Shown piece by piece: positions 1-13,970 of a stretch of DNA of 64,000 nt (the stretch's first letter is position 1; each line of letters starts with the position of its first letter). The translations under genes and the position numbers were made by a program. The stretch covers positions 267,034,001 to 267,098,000 of the forward strand of contig OZ024742.1 in the NCBI GenBank assembly GCA_964016885.1, given 5' to 3'. The DNA is from Eledone cirrhosa (taxonomy: Eukaryota). Below the pieces are notes generated by a model, which was not told where the DNA came from, did not search any database, and saw nothing but the letters and a program-made list of their open reading frames with translations.

Positions 1-730
1 GGTGCTAGCGACGAGATTGTTGCTTGTCGTCGAGGACATGGTAGAAGAGGTGCAAACTTGCGCAATCCCGACCAGGTCCATATACGCCCATAGAGAAGGA
101 AGGGCGTAAACCTGATTTCGGTGGCGCTCTGATCAATTTAGATCAATCGAAAGCATTCGATAGGTTAGACCATCGATACCTGGAGGTTGTCCTCAAGGCG
201 GCTGGCTTCGGCACCGTTTTCAGAGGCTGGATTGCTGCAATGCAAAGCGGCATCTCCTAGGTGGTCAAAGCTAATGGCCACCTTTCGGAACCGTTTCAGA
301 TCTCCCGATCGGCCCGTCAAGGGTGCCTTCTCTCCACCATTCTGTACGTATTGACTCTCGAGCGCTTACTACGGAAGCTGGAGCTGTTGCAGGGCATCCC
401 GTTCGAACTGGGACGCGGAAGGGCTGTGTCTGAATACGCAGAAGACATCACCGTGGTGGTATCGGACACCTCGGAACTCTAGGTTGTCGGCACCCCCTTG
501 TAGGAATATGAAATGTTGATGGGAGTGAAACTAAACCCGGAAAGGTCGATGGGCTTGCAGCTCGGCACTGGGAGAGGCACGTCCATGCCGTCCATGCGTC
601 GTGGGGTACTGGACGGACGGATCGGTGAAGTTGCTCGGTATTTTGTTCGGATCAGACCTCAAGGTGGATAAGACTCGGAAAGGGGTGACGATCAGAGAAG
701 CCACTCTCATCCAAAATTGGGCCGAGAGAG
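1..730 (+). pseudogene. Tx1/L1-clade LINE reverse transcriptase fragment (decayed)
   Basis: Translates to LINLDQSKAFDRLDH, RQGCLLS..LYVL, YAEDIT and WTDGSVKLLG with stops. Clearly homologous to the minus-strand element at about 21100-21850. Confidence 0.9.
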
Positions 731-996
731 AGCTTTCTCTTATATATATAGATGTGCGTGTGTGGGTATGTACACATACCAACCTACCACAGTAGTCAGA
801 TCCTACAGCAGTAGTCAGCTCCTACAACCCCCTACCCCCTTTTGACCTATTTACCACAAGATTAAGCAAAACAACTTGGCCTCTTTCCATGCCAACTTTT
901 CAGAAGGCATGAACTTTTGCTCAAACATTCGTTTTTGATTTTCATTTTAATTTTAAACACTTTTTTTACTCCCGTTTTAATTAACTTTTTTTCACT

Positions 997-1039
997 GAAT
1001 TTGACAAGATAGATTTTAATACATCGAAACCGGTAATTT
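997..1039 (+). ncRNA. Minimal type-I hammerhead ribozyme motif, U3-A8 core variant
   Basis: GAAT-TTGACAA-GAT..ATC-GAAA-CCGG-TA-ATTT. Palindromic stem III ACCGGT, GUA site, weak stems I and II. Confidence 0.5.
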
Positions 1040-1409
1040 TTCCATACACTTTATATTCTCCATAAAAAATTTTCAGAAAAGAATTGTCCCTCTTTTTTTA
1101 ATAACACTATATTTTCAATAATGTCACTTTGACGAATCAAAAAAGAATAACAGACCCTTAAACATATGTCCCGTGTTATTTCCAACTTCATCTTTTCTCT
1201 ATACCCACTATTTTGTATAGAACCTCACTTCTCGTTTCTAATATATATATATATATATATAATAAGGATTGACGGACCCAGCATATGTATCAATGCCAGT
1301 ACCGGTTGTATCTCAACGCACTCAATGGGCAATGTAAGATACATTACCAGAGTATGCACAAAGTTAATTGCTTCAACACAACACACGTAAAACGGATGCC
1401 TATAAGGTT

Positions 1410-1517
1410 CCCGGACTCGAGTTTCTGCCGCACTATGCAGCTGTAATGTGCACTGCACCATCTGTCTGCATATATTATGCAACAATGCACAATCGGCTAT
1501 GCGGCTTCATCACCGGG
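1410..1517 (-). ncRNA. Type-I hammerhead ribozyme motif with long loop II (C3 mutated to G)
   Basis: Reverse complement: CCCG-GTGATGA-A-GCCGCA...TGCGGC-A-GAAA-CTCGAG-TC-CGGG. Stem III palindrome ACTCGAGT, GUC site. Confidence 0.65.
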
Positions 1518-2079
1518 TATCGCCTAATCAATAACCAATCGATCAACAGAATCCTACGACCAGTCTACGCCGGCCATGACTGTTTGTGACGACTGACACA
1601 GTAAAGCTATTAGCAACTGGCACCCGATAGGACTCTATCTCTCAACCAGCCACTGATTTACAAATTTTACGTGGGGACGGGACGCTAAAAAGAATCAATC
1701 TTTTCGTTCCCGTCAGAAGCCTCAGCCAACGTGTCTCACACACAAATTATCAAATTATAGAAATAGCAGTTCACATTGATATAAAATAGAATGGTAGCAT
1801 TCGGTTCATGTATCCAAGCCCCATGGCTAGAGGAAAGCGATGGTAACAATGGTCGAGGCCAAGAACCTTTAATGGACTTTAAATGCGATCATCCATTATA
1901 TAGCAATATAGTAGCGAGCTGAAATGTGTCAGCCGCGTGCGTAGATAACAAGCCTATTTCACAACTTAAAAGAGTGAGAGACACAATTAATAGCAGGAAA
2001 AAAGAGTGCATATCAAAACAAAAACACAATAATATATATATATAATATAATATAATCATCTCGGGAATTTTACCCGCCT

Positions 2080-2266
<187 letters not shown>

Positions 2267-2751
2267 GTGTGTGTCTGTGTAGGAAAACTTGCCGCAAGAT
2301 GTTGAATCAACCATATGCAACAAGAACACACTTGCCCAATGTTTCATTAAATCATATCGAATATAGTATCATGTCGATGCGAAACCAACATTTTAAGCAT
2401 ACCATTTGCAATTTAGATGAATTATTCAACAACCATATAGCAAATATATAACATTTCAATACCCCTACGTGTACCGTAGATTCCAGAGTTGTCTGTCCTG
2501 GCAAGGCAATGTAAGAAAATAGAAGAACCATGTATCGAACAATGACTGAAATAAAAAAAGAAATATAAATGAAAGCAATTCTGCGTACATAACACAACTT
2601 CATAGCCATCAATAGATGCTCACACAGACACACAGACAAACACACAAACACACACACAAACACACACACAAACAAAAAAAATATATATATAAATATATAC
2701 ACACACAGGTATGTGTTTATATTTATTTATTTATTTATTTATTTCTATGTG

Positions 2752-2784
<33 letters not shown>

Positions 2785-2974
2785 GTATGTATATATATAT
2801 GTATATGTATGTATATATATGTATGTGTATATATATATATATATATGTATGTGTATGTATATATATATATATATACATAATATATATATATATATTATGT
2901 GTGTGTCTATGTGTGTGTGTGCTCAAAATATATTTATGTGTGACTATGGGCATGTGTCTGTATGTGTATGTGAG

Positions 2975-3810
2975 CATATATGTGTATGCGAGCATATGTT
3001 TGAGGTGCAGCTATTTTTAACTTCTTTGATTTTCGTTTCTCTTATTCTCAGTTGGTTTAGTATGTCAGTTATAGGTATTTTTGCGGATTACAAACAATAT
3101 CACGATGGAAGCCAATTCACCATAACTATACAGAATATTATAATAAGAGAGATTTTTATGAGAATACCAAAATGGACTCTCAAACGTATACCAGTTTATA
3201 TACACTGCTGTGTTGATTAAAGCACATATCCAACTTGTTAAGTAAGTGCAACGAATAATATAACGATTCATATAAATGTGAGAGTATATTGAAAAAAAAA
3301 AAGATTGTGAATAACTGTATCGGTTTTATAATGGAAAACTAGCTTAGAAACTGCTGATTAGCATACTGTAAAAAAGTATTCCATTTTCTTATAGTATAAC
3401 TCAGCTCAGCACATTTAGATTTTAATATGTAGCTCATTGTGATATAGTCTAGTATGATGTGCCATTGGTGGGGTCACGCTGGCCTCTCAGTGATGGTAAG
3501 TTTACTAGAGTTAGACCAGAGTTCCATCAAGCACGAATGTGCCTTACATCCTCTGTAAACTACTATACTTGTGATTCTAACAACACAGCAACTTAAATTG
3601 GTATACGTCTGATTGTCTATTTTGTTATTCACTATTTCTTATTATAATATTCCTTTATAATTCTGGTGGATTGGTTTCCTTCGTGAAATCGTTTGTAATT
3701 GGCATTCAATAAAAGCATTAACTTGACCGAAGCAACTGAGAATAAGAGAAATGAAAATCAAAGATATCAAAAATAGCTGCACCTCAAACAATCGTGCATA
3801 TACACATATA
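2975..3810. repeat. Diverged inverted repeat (arms about 2975-3145 and 3640-3810)
   Basis: tgtttgaggtgcagctattttt..tctcttattctcagttg is mirrored by caactgagaataagagaa..aaaaatagctgcacctcaaaca. Confidence 0.8.
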
Positions 3811-3891
3811 CACACAGACGCACGCATGCTCATACACACACAAATGCAAGTTTCAGCGCATATATACGCACAAACATACACACACGCACAC

Positions 3892-3969
<78 letters not shown>

Positions 3970-4018
3970 ACCCACACACACACACACACACACCCACACA
4001 CACACACACACACACACC

Positions 4019-4084
<66 letters not shown>

Positions 4085-4124
4085 AATATATGTATTTGAA
4101 CAATAAAAGAAGAAGTCAGGTCAT

Positions 4125-4255
4125 TGTTTTACGATCGTTTCAAACGGTCTGTTGATCGATGGAGTTCGATGTATCGACTAGCATGTTAGTGATTAAGTTA
4201 CTACCTATTTCTCGTCTCGAGAACCCTGTTCAATCGGCCGTCTTCCTCAGAAACA
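4125..4255 (-). ncRNA. Type-I hammerhead ribozyme motif with about 90-nt loop II insertion
   Basis: Reverse complement: TGTTT-CTGAGGA-AGACGG...CCGTTT-GAAA-CGATCG-TA-AAACA. Palindromic ACGATCGT, GUA site. Confidence 0.7.
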
Positions 4256-4713
4256 CACTTCTTTTTTTATTGTACAAAAACATATATGACTGTAATCCGG
4301 ACGGAGTTTCTTCTCTATATATGTATATAAACACATGCACTCATATCTCTATATATAGAGAGATATGTGTGTGTGTGTGTCTGTCGATGACTATGGAGTT
4401 ACGGTAAGTACGCAGAAATGGATTGGTTCATATTTCTACCTTATTTCAGTCACCGTTCTATATACCTTAAATTTGCTGGTATTTTATTTTTCACACCAAA
4501 TATTTTACATTGTAGCATTTCTAGAATCTTCTTTTAATCATCCAAATCTGGCTCGTCATTTATTGTCACTTCTCCAACTATCAACAGTGAATGTGTCAAG
4601 TACATTAGACATATAGTGTTTGAAAAAACTCCGCCTGGTTGTCATGAAGCTGCTGAACAGGGGCGAAGACAAATAGCAGAAATGACACAGACACACACCC
4701 ACATGTGTGCACG

Positions 4714-4757
<44 letters not shown>

Positions 4758-7184
4758 CGCACGTGCGCACTCACACACACACAAACACACACATATGTAT
4801 CTATATGCATACATACATACATACATACATACATACACACATCTATATACTTCTAAAACTCTGTGATTATGTGCTTGTAATGTAATACAGCCAAAACGGT
4901 GCATAATGGGAAAATACTTTGAAAGGAAGTTGCCTCTGAAATGGGAATGCAAATGGAATCGAACAATTTTCTCGCAAATCGGAGCACGCGCTCACGAGAT
5001 ACGAGGTTTTCCGGGTGCCTTCCTAAATACAGAGAGAGAAAGATAGAGGGAAAGAGATAGTGGTTGTGAGAGTGTAGATTGAAAGAGAGACATAGATAGA
5101 GAGAGAGAGAGAAGGGAGAAGGAGACAGAGAAGAAAATGGAAGAATGAATGAGATGGTGGTGTTGTTGAAAGAAATTATAACAAGTGACTTCAAACAATC
5201 GAATACTGCATTACTGTATCTAGGTCGAGAATAAGATCACTAAAACTGAAACTGCAATATAATGAGGAAAACAAAGAAGAAGCATACCGCACCATCCTTA
5301 ATAAGGGACGCGTTCAGGTCTTATGTAGAGGGGCCTGTTCGAAAAATGTATTCCAGTCTCCATTTCATGCTGCAAAAACTGACGGTGCGCGTGTGACCTG
5401 TCCAGGAATGTGTGGTATTGACGCACAAAGATTGCGTATTCAGAGAACCCAAGGTGGAAGGGAGCAAACCTTGAGAGTTGGAACGTGGAACACCACTCTC
5501 TTACAGGTAAGGAACAGATACAGATGGGCGATGCTAGATGTTACCAGATAAATATAATCGGGATTTCTCATCAAAGTTCCGTTCCACTGATTCTTTAGTT
5601 TTGGGTGAAGGATGGACACTCCACTATGGAGGTGTGGTGCTAGAATGTGTTATGAACTGGATCCCGTTAGGGGGGATGATGTGCCTCTTGAAGCTTAGGC
5701 TGAAAGATAGGTATCTGTGGGTGGTGCAAGTTTATGCACCAAACAAGGATTTCAAATACAGGTCCTTCCTTAATGAAGTAACTGCAGCGTTAGACTGAGT
5801 CATATATCCTGATGGGAGACTTCATTGCACATGTTGGCACTCATGACCTGACATGGAAAGGAGTAATTGGAAGGAACAGCGACCAGGATCTAAATACAAA
5901 TGGAGAGGTCTTATTAGGCTTCTGTTCAGCGATGATTCTCTATTATGAACTTTTTCCAGCACAGATACATGGTATAAGGGGAATCAGGGACAGAGATCAA
6001 TAACTGATTTTGTTATTGTCTCTGATCATTTTGATACTCTGCTGTATGTTCATGTTAAGAGAGCAAACTGAGGACGTTGAGACGGAGTGGAGATTGTTAA
6101 GCGCAGCAGTCTCTGTTTCACCTGTTAAGTGCTGCGGAAGAATGAGGCTTGATGTGGGGCTGGATGGCAGGAGGACCGCTTGGTTCAATAAACAGGTCAA
6201 AGATGCCATCGGAGCAAAGAAAGAGGACTACAAAGTTGTATTTGCAGTACAAACAGGCACTAACAATCGGTGCAGAGATAGTAAAGACGTCCAAAGTCAA
6301 GGCTTGGAAGCAATTTGGGTTTAAGCTAGAATCCTACTTTAGATCAGCAAATATAGTGTTCTGGCAGACCATCCGCTGACCCCGTAATAAGTAGTCTTCT
6401 TCCACACCTACTATCAAGAACACGTCTGGAGTTCAACCTCTCGAGATAGAGTTAATGCTTTGATGATTTCTTAAACCCGATCAAAACAGCATCTTCTTAT
6501 GTACACCAGGTACATCTGGGAGCTGCGTCTAATCTCTCAGAGGCTGATATCACAAGAGCATTTAAAGTGCTCAAATGTGGCAAGGCCGCTAGGGAAGATG
6601 AAATCCGCTCCGAGATGTTAAAAGCCTTAAATAGAGAAGGTATTCTCTGGCTGACTCATGTGTGTCGGATGGTCTGGATCTCTGGAAAGACACCTAAGCA
6701 ATGACAATCGGGAGTGATGATCACAAGTTTGAAAAAGGGAGACAAGCGAGATTGTTTCAATCACAAATGGATCTCCTTGTTAAGCCTCGCCATAAAGTCT
6801 ATGCTAAGTGTCTGGCAAAGAGATGCAGTGAGATTGTCGAGTCAATGCTAGCTGATGAACAGTGTGGTTTTTGCATCGGACGCAACACAACCGAGCAAAT
6901 ATTCAGAGTGGCAGGTCATGGAGAACTCGTGGGAGTATTACCAAGAAATACATACTTATTTTGCCGACCTTGAAAAGGCATCTGACCGCTTTACACGGGA
7001 TATGCTGTGGAAGATTATTTAGGAGTATGGCATCGATGGTCAGCTTCTTGCTGCCATGATGTCTCTATAAGAATGCCCGAGTAATTGTGTTCGGATAAAT
7101 GGTGTTAAATCGAAACCATTCAATATGGTAGTCGGACTCTACTAAGGGTGCGTACTATCACCTCCCCTGTTCATTATTTACATG

Positions 7185-7324
7185 ACGCATAGATTTACGG
7201 CCCTTGCCCTTCTGAGTTCAAATCCCGCCGAGGCTAACTTTGCCTTTCATCCTTACGGGGTCGATAAAATAAAGTACCAGTAATGCACTGGTGAATTGCT
7301 GGCCTTGTGCTAAAAGTAGAAACA
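7185..7324 (+). mobile_element. tRNA-derived SINE (5'-truncated) inside the RTE RT
   Basis: B-box-like gagttcaaatccc plus conserved core ctttgcctttcatccttacggggtcgataaaataaagtaccag, flanked by attatttacatg. Confidence 0.85.
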
Positions 7325-7336
7325 ATTATTTACATG

Positions 7337-7510
7337 AAAGGCGGTGGATTAGCAGTTTTGGTAGAGGGTCGGATTCCATACTTTGCAGCATAGAGTTAAG
7401 CTCCTCTACGGTCTGAGTTCAAATTCCGTCGAGGTTAGCTTTGCCTTTCATCCTTATGGGGTCAATAAATGCACTGGGATAATTGCTGGCCTTTCGCCAA
7501 AATTAGAAAA
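7337..7510 (+). mobile_element. tRNA-derived SINE (near full length) inside the RTE RT
   Basis: ggcggtggattagcag (A-box-like), gagttcaaattcc and the same core, flanked by at(t/g)atttacatg. Confidence 0.85.
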
Positions 7511-8303
7511 ATGATTTACATGCGCAGCGGGGTTGGAAGTGGTATCATGATTGGCAGGTATAAAGTCAGTCAGCTGTAATTTGCAGACGGCATGGTGTTA
7601 CTTCCCTCGACATAAAGTGATCCCCGACTTCCTCTTGATAGGGATGATATCAAGTATTTCATGGCTGGAATGGAAACCAGTGCTGCGAAAACTGAGATAC
7701 TCGTCCCCTTAAGGAAGTCTGCACAGTGCATTCTAAATGTGAATGGAATGTCACTGAAACAGGTAGAGAATTTCAAGTATCTTGGATCTCGGGTCCGTAT
7801 TCACGAGTAATTGAAGGGAGGAGGCTGAATTAAATGTATTAATTGCAGGAGTGCCAGCTTCAGCATTCAGTATTCTGAAGAAGGGAGATAGACATAAAAT
7901 CAAACACGCTGTCTTCAATTCGGTTTTCATGCCAACTCTTACCTATGTTCATGAATCTTGGGTAATGACCGATAGAATACGACCTCGAATACAAGTGGCC
8001 GAAATGGTAGAGCCGCTTGAGAGATCACACCTCCCATAATATGGGCAAGCGGTTAGAATGTCTCGGGAAAGAATCGCTGGACAGATTTTACGGGCAAAGC
8101 CAACCGGAAGGAGACCAGGGGTAGACCCCGAACAAGATGGTTGGATTACACCCATGAGCTTGGCTAATCTCATTTGGTGATCCAGCCGGATCAGTTGGAG
8201 GGGGTTACTTTTGACGGGACCTGATGGAATGAGTGTTTGCGGACTTTACCCCCGCCCCTCCGCCAGTACCTTCTCAGAAATAAGTGGGCAAAGAAGAAGA
8301 GGA

Positions 8304-8307
<4 letters not shown>

Positions 8308-8353
<46 letters not shown>

Positions 8354-8357
8354 AAGG

Positions 8358-8402
<45 letters not shown>

Positions 8403-8432
8403 TGTAGTTGTAGTAGTAGTTGTAGTAGTAGT
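8308..8432 (+). repeat. (AGT)n microsatellite
   Basis: Directly visible, at the 3' end of the RTE element. Confidence 0.95.
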
Positions 8433-8741
8433 AGAAGCAGAAGAATGTAAATGATAGTAAGAAGTGATGAGGGGAAGTTTCAAGTAAAACAGAATCATAT
8501 GGAGAGAATAAACATTATCTGACACATTTACATCCAAATAAAACCATACATACGTTCACATTAATAGGCGCCCACACACAGACATTTATACATATATGTG
8601 TGTGTGCGCGCGCACGCGTCCATACACGTGTATGTGTTTATGTATGCATGTATATAATTCTTTTTTATATATATGTATGTGTATGTCTCTGTATAGTTGT
8701 GGTTATATAAATATATACATACAAGCGTGCACCCCCCCCCC

Positions 8742-8805
<64 letters not shown>

Positions 8806-8872
8806 CATATATATATACATATATATATAAATATACATATATATATATATATATATATACATACTTAATACT

Positions 8873-8956
<84 letters not shown>

Positions 8957-9135
8957 TACACATATATATATATATACATACATATATATATACATATATA
9001 CATATATATATACATATATATACATACTTACTACTTACATATATATATATATATATATATTTATATACAGACACCCACACACACACACATATATATATAT
9101 ACACATATACATTTAGATATATATGTGTATATATA

Positions 9136-9166
<31 letters not shown>

Positions 9167-10103
9167 ATATATATATATATATAGAAGAGAGATAGAGAGA
9201 GGGAGGGTGAGAGAGGGAGAGGAAGATAAATAGAGACAGAGAAAGAGAGAGGCGAGAGAAAGATGTGGTGACTGTGTGCGGTGTTCAGTGGCTTGAGAAA
9301 ACAGTGAAGTGACAGGCTCAAAGCTACATTGGAAAGAAGAGTTGATTCAATTAATCACAGGTTTTTATAGTTCAGTTGTTTGATGCTACAAACTGTTTCA
9401 TCTTTGATCAAAATTTTTATCTTGTGTCAAACGTCATAAATCTTCTAGTTTTCCGATTTCATATTAGGGTCTACACGCATACATACATACATAGATACAT
9501 TTAGGCATACATACGCACATACATTGATACATGCATACGCGCATGATTATGCTTAAGAGTGCGCGTGTCTCTATACATTCATATATACTTAAATAAATTG
9601 CGTGTATGTATATGTATGTGTACGTGTATGCGTATAAATATATGTGTATAAATATATGTGTACGTGTATGTGTATAAATATATGCGTTGATATATATTTA
9701 AAAGGAAGAATATATATCCGCCTGAGCAGACATAATGTTTTAAATACAATTAACAAAAAAAAAACAAAACAGAAACAACAATGTACGCTTGGCTTTGTTT
9801 GAAGGAAAATGATTACTGAAAATGATTACTGAAAATGAGGAGACGATTACATAGATTTACACACACACACACACACACAGATATATATATAAATATTTAT
9901 ACCTATATACACACAGAGATATATGTACACATAGATATTTATGAATATATGTGTATGAGTCTTTTATTTTTTACTCTTTTTAAGGTTTCAGCCATTATAC
10001 TGCGGCCGAGCTGGTGCACCGGGTTCATGAAAATATCATTAACCAATAATTTACGGGAATTTAACACAAACATAGACACAAACGTAAACACACACACACA
10101 CAC

Positions 10104-10229
<126 letters not shown>

Positions 10230-10415
10230 TTCGTTTCTGAATTTGTTTAGCAAGATTCTTTATCTGAAAACGTGTGCTGAAACCGATATTGTTATACTTT
10301 GGGAGGGTCATGTTGCTAATAAGAAACACACGCACCAGTTGCTTTCACTTCAATTTATTATAATAAATTTATAAATTTAGGAATTTATAAATTTCCAGAT
10401 GGTTGTTTATATATT

Positions 10416-10458
10416 GTCAAAGTTCTTTCGTCACACATTCTGTGACCTCTTCAGTGAC
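10416..10458 (-). ncRNA. Hammerhead ribozyme motif in the inverted pLTR
   Basis: Reverse complement: GTCA-CTGAAGA-G-GTCACA gaatg TGTGAC-GAAA-GAAC-TT-TGAC. Confidence 0.7.
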
Positions 10459-10835
10459 TGCGGATTCTTTTCTTTGTTTTTGTGCCTCTCAACTAATCTT
10501 CTTACATCAACACCGATGTAAGAAGATTACAACTCACCAAAAAGCAAGCAGATAGGCTAAAACAAACATTAATTCGAAACATAAAAAAGAAGATCTATAG
10601 AGAATTAAGTCATCAAGAAAAACGTAAGCGTAACCTAATACGAGAAATAACTAAGATCACCACACCAAGAGAAAAACTAATATTTATAAGCCTTATACGT
10701 CCTGAAGAACAGTACATTGCTCAAGAATGTGATAAGCACTTTAACAAGAAACTAAAGTGGCTTAAGCAGATAAAACTAAATCATGATACTGTAGAGAATA
10801 CCAATAGATATCCCGACAAAATTGACGGGATAAAT

Positions 10836-13800
10836 ATGGCCGACATCTCATTAACAGATGAGTTCAACAACAACAACACAAATATATACGGCAACACTGC
10901 AGTAGATCCTGATGAATTATCTGTATTACAACTACCGCCTAAATATGCGACATTCAAGAAGGTAAATATGATTAGTTGTTTGTCAGAAATAGAAAAATCA
11001 TTTACAAAATTACGTTGGAGCCTCAAAAACAAAAACAAAAACAAAAGTAACAACATACGCACACATATACAACACACATCCCAACAACAACAGACACGCA
11101 GACACAAACAACAATAACAACAACACACGCATCAACAATAATAACATACTCAGAAACAACAACAGACACGCAGACACAAACAACAATAACAACACACACA
11201 ACAATAATAACACACACGGAGACAACAACAACACACATCAACAACAGCACACATCAACAATAACAACACACACACATTCAATGCCTCTCACCACCACCAC
11301 AATCTTAACAAACACACAGACACAGAAAACATGTAATGACAGTATCACACAAATAAGGGAAGGTTATAGGATTAAAAGGAGAAGGGAGACTATGGACAAA
11401 GAAAATAACCAAGTCGAACACACAGACACACAAAATAGAGTAGATAATAACAATGAGCCAGTGCAGAGAGACAGGAGTAATAATGAGAGACATAGAAACA
11501 ACCATGAGGCTGTTGGTGGAAATAGAAATAGAAACAACACAACTAACAATAACAATAGCACTAGTACACATAAAGCAGCAGCCTGGAACTCTACTTTTTA
11601 TAATCCCTCCGATAAGTCGTTCGACCTGCGACGAGTCCACGCCACGACTTTACCATTTAACAAACGCACGCAATTGCCGTCGCAGGTCGATGAACAAACA
11701 GAAGCACAATTTAGTATAGCTAGATCCGAACTTAGAAATATTATAGAACAGTATAGCAAGAAGCATAATAGAATGGAGGCCCAGCAACTGGGAGAAAAGT
11801 CTGCAAATGGCTTGCGTAAGCTCATGCAGCGCTCGCGTAATGAAGAGATAGCATGCTTTCTAACAGACAAGTCTGGCAGAATGTCGGTTGACAGCCTGCC
11901 AAACTACATCCAGGCAATGCAACCCCACACCACCAACACAAGAGAAGTAACACCACAGGAGCATGAGGATAGAGAAAAAGCCCTCAATGCCCATATAGTG
12001 ATGTGGACGAATATAATGCAGCCCAACAAAAGGACTGCCAACAACTTCCAGGCCTGGAACACTGACGTGCCGGCGTTGTATGGGCTTCGAAAAGACCATA
12101 AAACGGGCAGTGACCCTGTCACGGGACCACCAACACGGCCAGTCTGTGGTGCTAACATTGCTAGTAACTACAGACTGTCCTACTTCCTCTCCCTGATCAT
12201 ACGCCCCATCATTGAAATGTCCCCAGATGTATGTGACAGCACGGAGGACCTCCTCAGCAGAATCGGCGTGAGTAACCGATCTAGGGACCTAACAAACTGC
12301 ATAATAGGTAGTATGGATGTTGTCTCCCTGTATCCATCTATTGACGTGGATTTTGCTGTGGAGAAATGCGTAGAAATGATCAGTGAGAGTAATGTTGAGT
12401 TCCGTGGGATTGACACCAGTGAGCTGGGACGCCTACTTAAACTTACCTATAGTAATAATTACCTAGACACATATGACCTTAGCAACCTGTGCCCTACAAG
12501 ACCAGCAAGAGCCAGACCACCTACCATTACCTCAATGGCCAAGAAAACCCACACAGATAGATGGAACCGGTGGACCAGAGCCATACGGACACCCGAAAAC
12601 CACGATGAACTGAAGAAAATGATTGCACATGCGGTGGAGGCCAGCATAAAATTAACCCTTAGGGAACATATGTTCAAATTTAATGGAAAAACATATGCCC
12701 ATGAGGAAGGAGCAGCCATTGGTGTTAGCATTGCAGGCGACATAGCTAACTTATTCATGGTATGGTGGGACAGTAGACTTAAACTTAAACTTAAAGAACA
12801 ATTAGAAGACCCCTTAATCCTGATAATGTACTCCCGCTACGGTGATGATATAAACATCGTAGTTAAAACACCCACACTATAGAACAGTCAGGAATTAGAG
12901 AAAAGCACAATGGAAAGCATCCAGCAAATATCTAACTCCATCCACCAGAGTATTAGAGTTACTATAGACTACCCAAGTAAACACCCCAACCAACGATTAC
13001 CTGTACTAGACACAGAGCTCTGGTTAGATACCATTAATAACAAAAAACAAATCCTCCATTCCCATTATGCCAAGCCCATGACTTCCAAATATCTGATCCA
13101 CCGAAACTCAGCTGTTTCGGGCCATACGAAAATCAACATACTGATTGCGGATTTGGTACGGGTGCTGAGAAACGTGTCCCGCATGTGCAACCCCGAAGAA
13201 CTAGAGAGACACATACAACACTTCATCCACCGTATGCAGTTCTCTGGTTACAATCAGAGAGATAAAATCAGAGTGTATAGAGGAGCCAGAACCAAATGGG
13301 GAAAAATGGTAAATAATGACACAAATGGGACCTGCCCCTTCTAGAGGAGCACATTTTGGAATAGAATAGAAAGAACTAGGAATAAGGCTAATAGAATAAA
13401 CTCATGGTATGATAGCAATAAATACCAGAGTGTAATGTTCATCGATACAACCCCTAGAGGTGAATTAGCTTACAAATTTACAAGGGCCCTAGACAAACAT
13501 AAACTCAATATTAAGATAGTAGAAAGACCAGGTACCTCCGTAAAAACACTTATTAGCAAGACATACCCTTTTCAAAGACCCCCCCCTGTATAGATAAGAA
13601 ATGTATAACCTGTAAATTAAGCCCCCATATTAACTGTAAAACTAGAAATGTAGAATATAACATAACATGTACTGAAGGACAATGTAGAGACAAAAATATA
13701 GTGTACATTGGTGAGACAGCTCGTAGTGTAGGGGAACGGACAAATGAACACTGGCGAGACCTTCAAGATAGTAAAGAATCATCTGTACTCTACCAACATG

Positions 13801-13970
13801 CTAAACTAGAACATAAGGGTAAATTAGAGAACATAGAAATAAAAATAGAATCTACACACAGAAAAGACGCAATGTTTAGACAAATCACAGAGGCAATAAA
13901 CATAAAAGAATTACAACCAAAATTAAATAGAAAATATGAGTGGAACAGCAACATCACAACTTACAATTAA
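10836..13970 (+). pseudogene. PLE polyprotein: RT, Cys-rich linker and GIY-YIG endonuclease (disrupted)
   Basis: LPPKY..KLRW N-terminus, TDKSGR, YGLRKDHK, RPVC, MDVVSLYPSI, RYGDD, LPVLD, CxxxxCxxC..NCK linker and YIGETARS. Stops at 12880 and 13342, frameshift in the C-run near 13580, low-complexity expansion at 11030-11280. Confidence 0.9.

Larger units (their letters stand above)
5330..8300 (+). mobile_element. RTE-clade LINE, decayed (APE + RT), followed by (GAA)/(AGT)n tail
   Basis: Fragments include VGTWN, VQVYAPN, MGDFIAHVG..WKGVIGRN..DLNTNGE, GKAA.EDEIRSEMLK, EQCGF..RNTTEQIF, SPPLFIIYM and TLTY.HESW. Many stops and frameshifts. Confidence 0.88.

Noticed and set aside
7185-7510. tRNA gene
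   Set aside because: The A/B-box-like motifs belong to SINE heads, and no cloverleaf forms.
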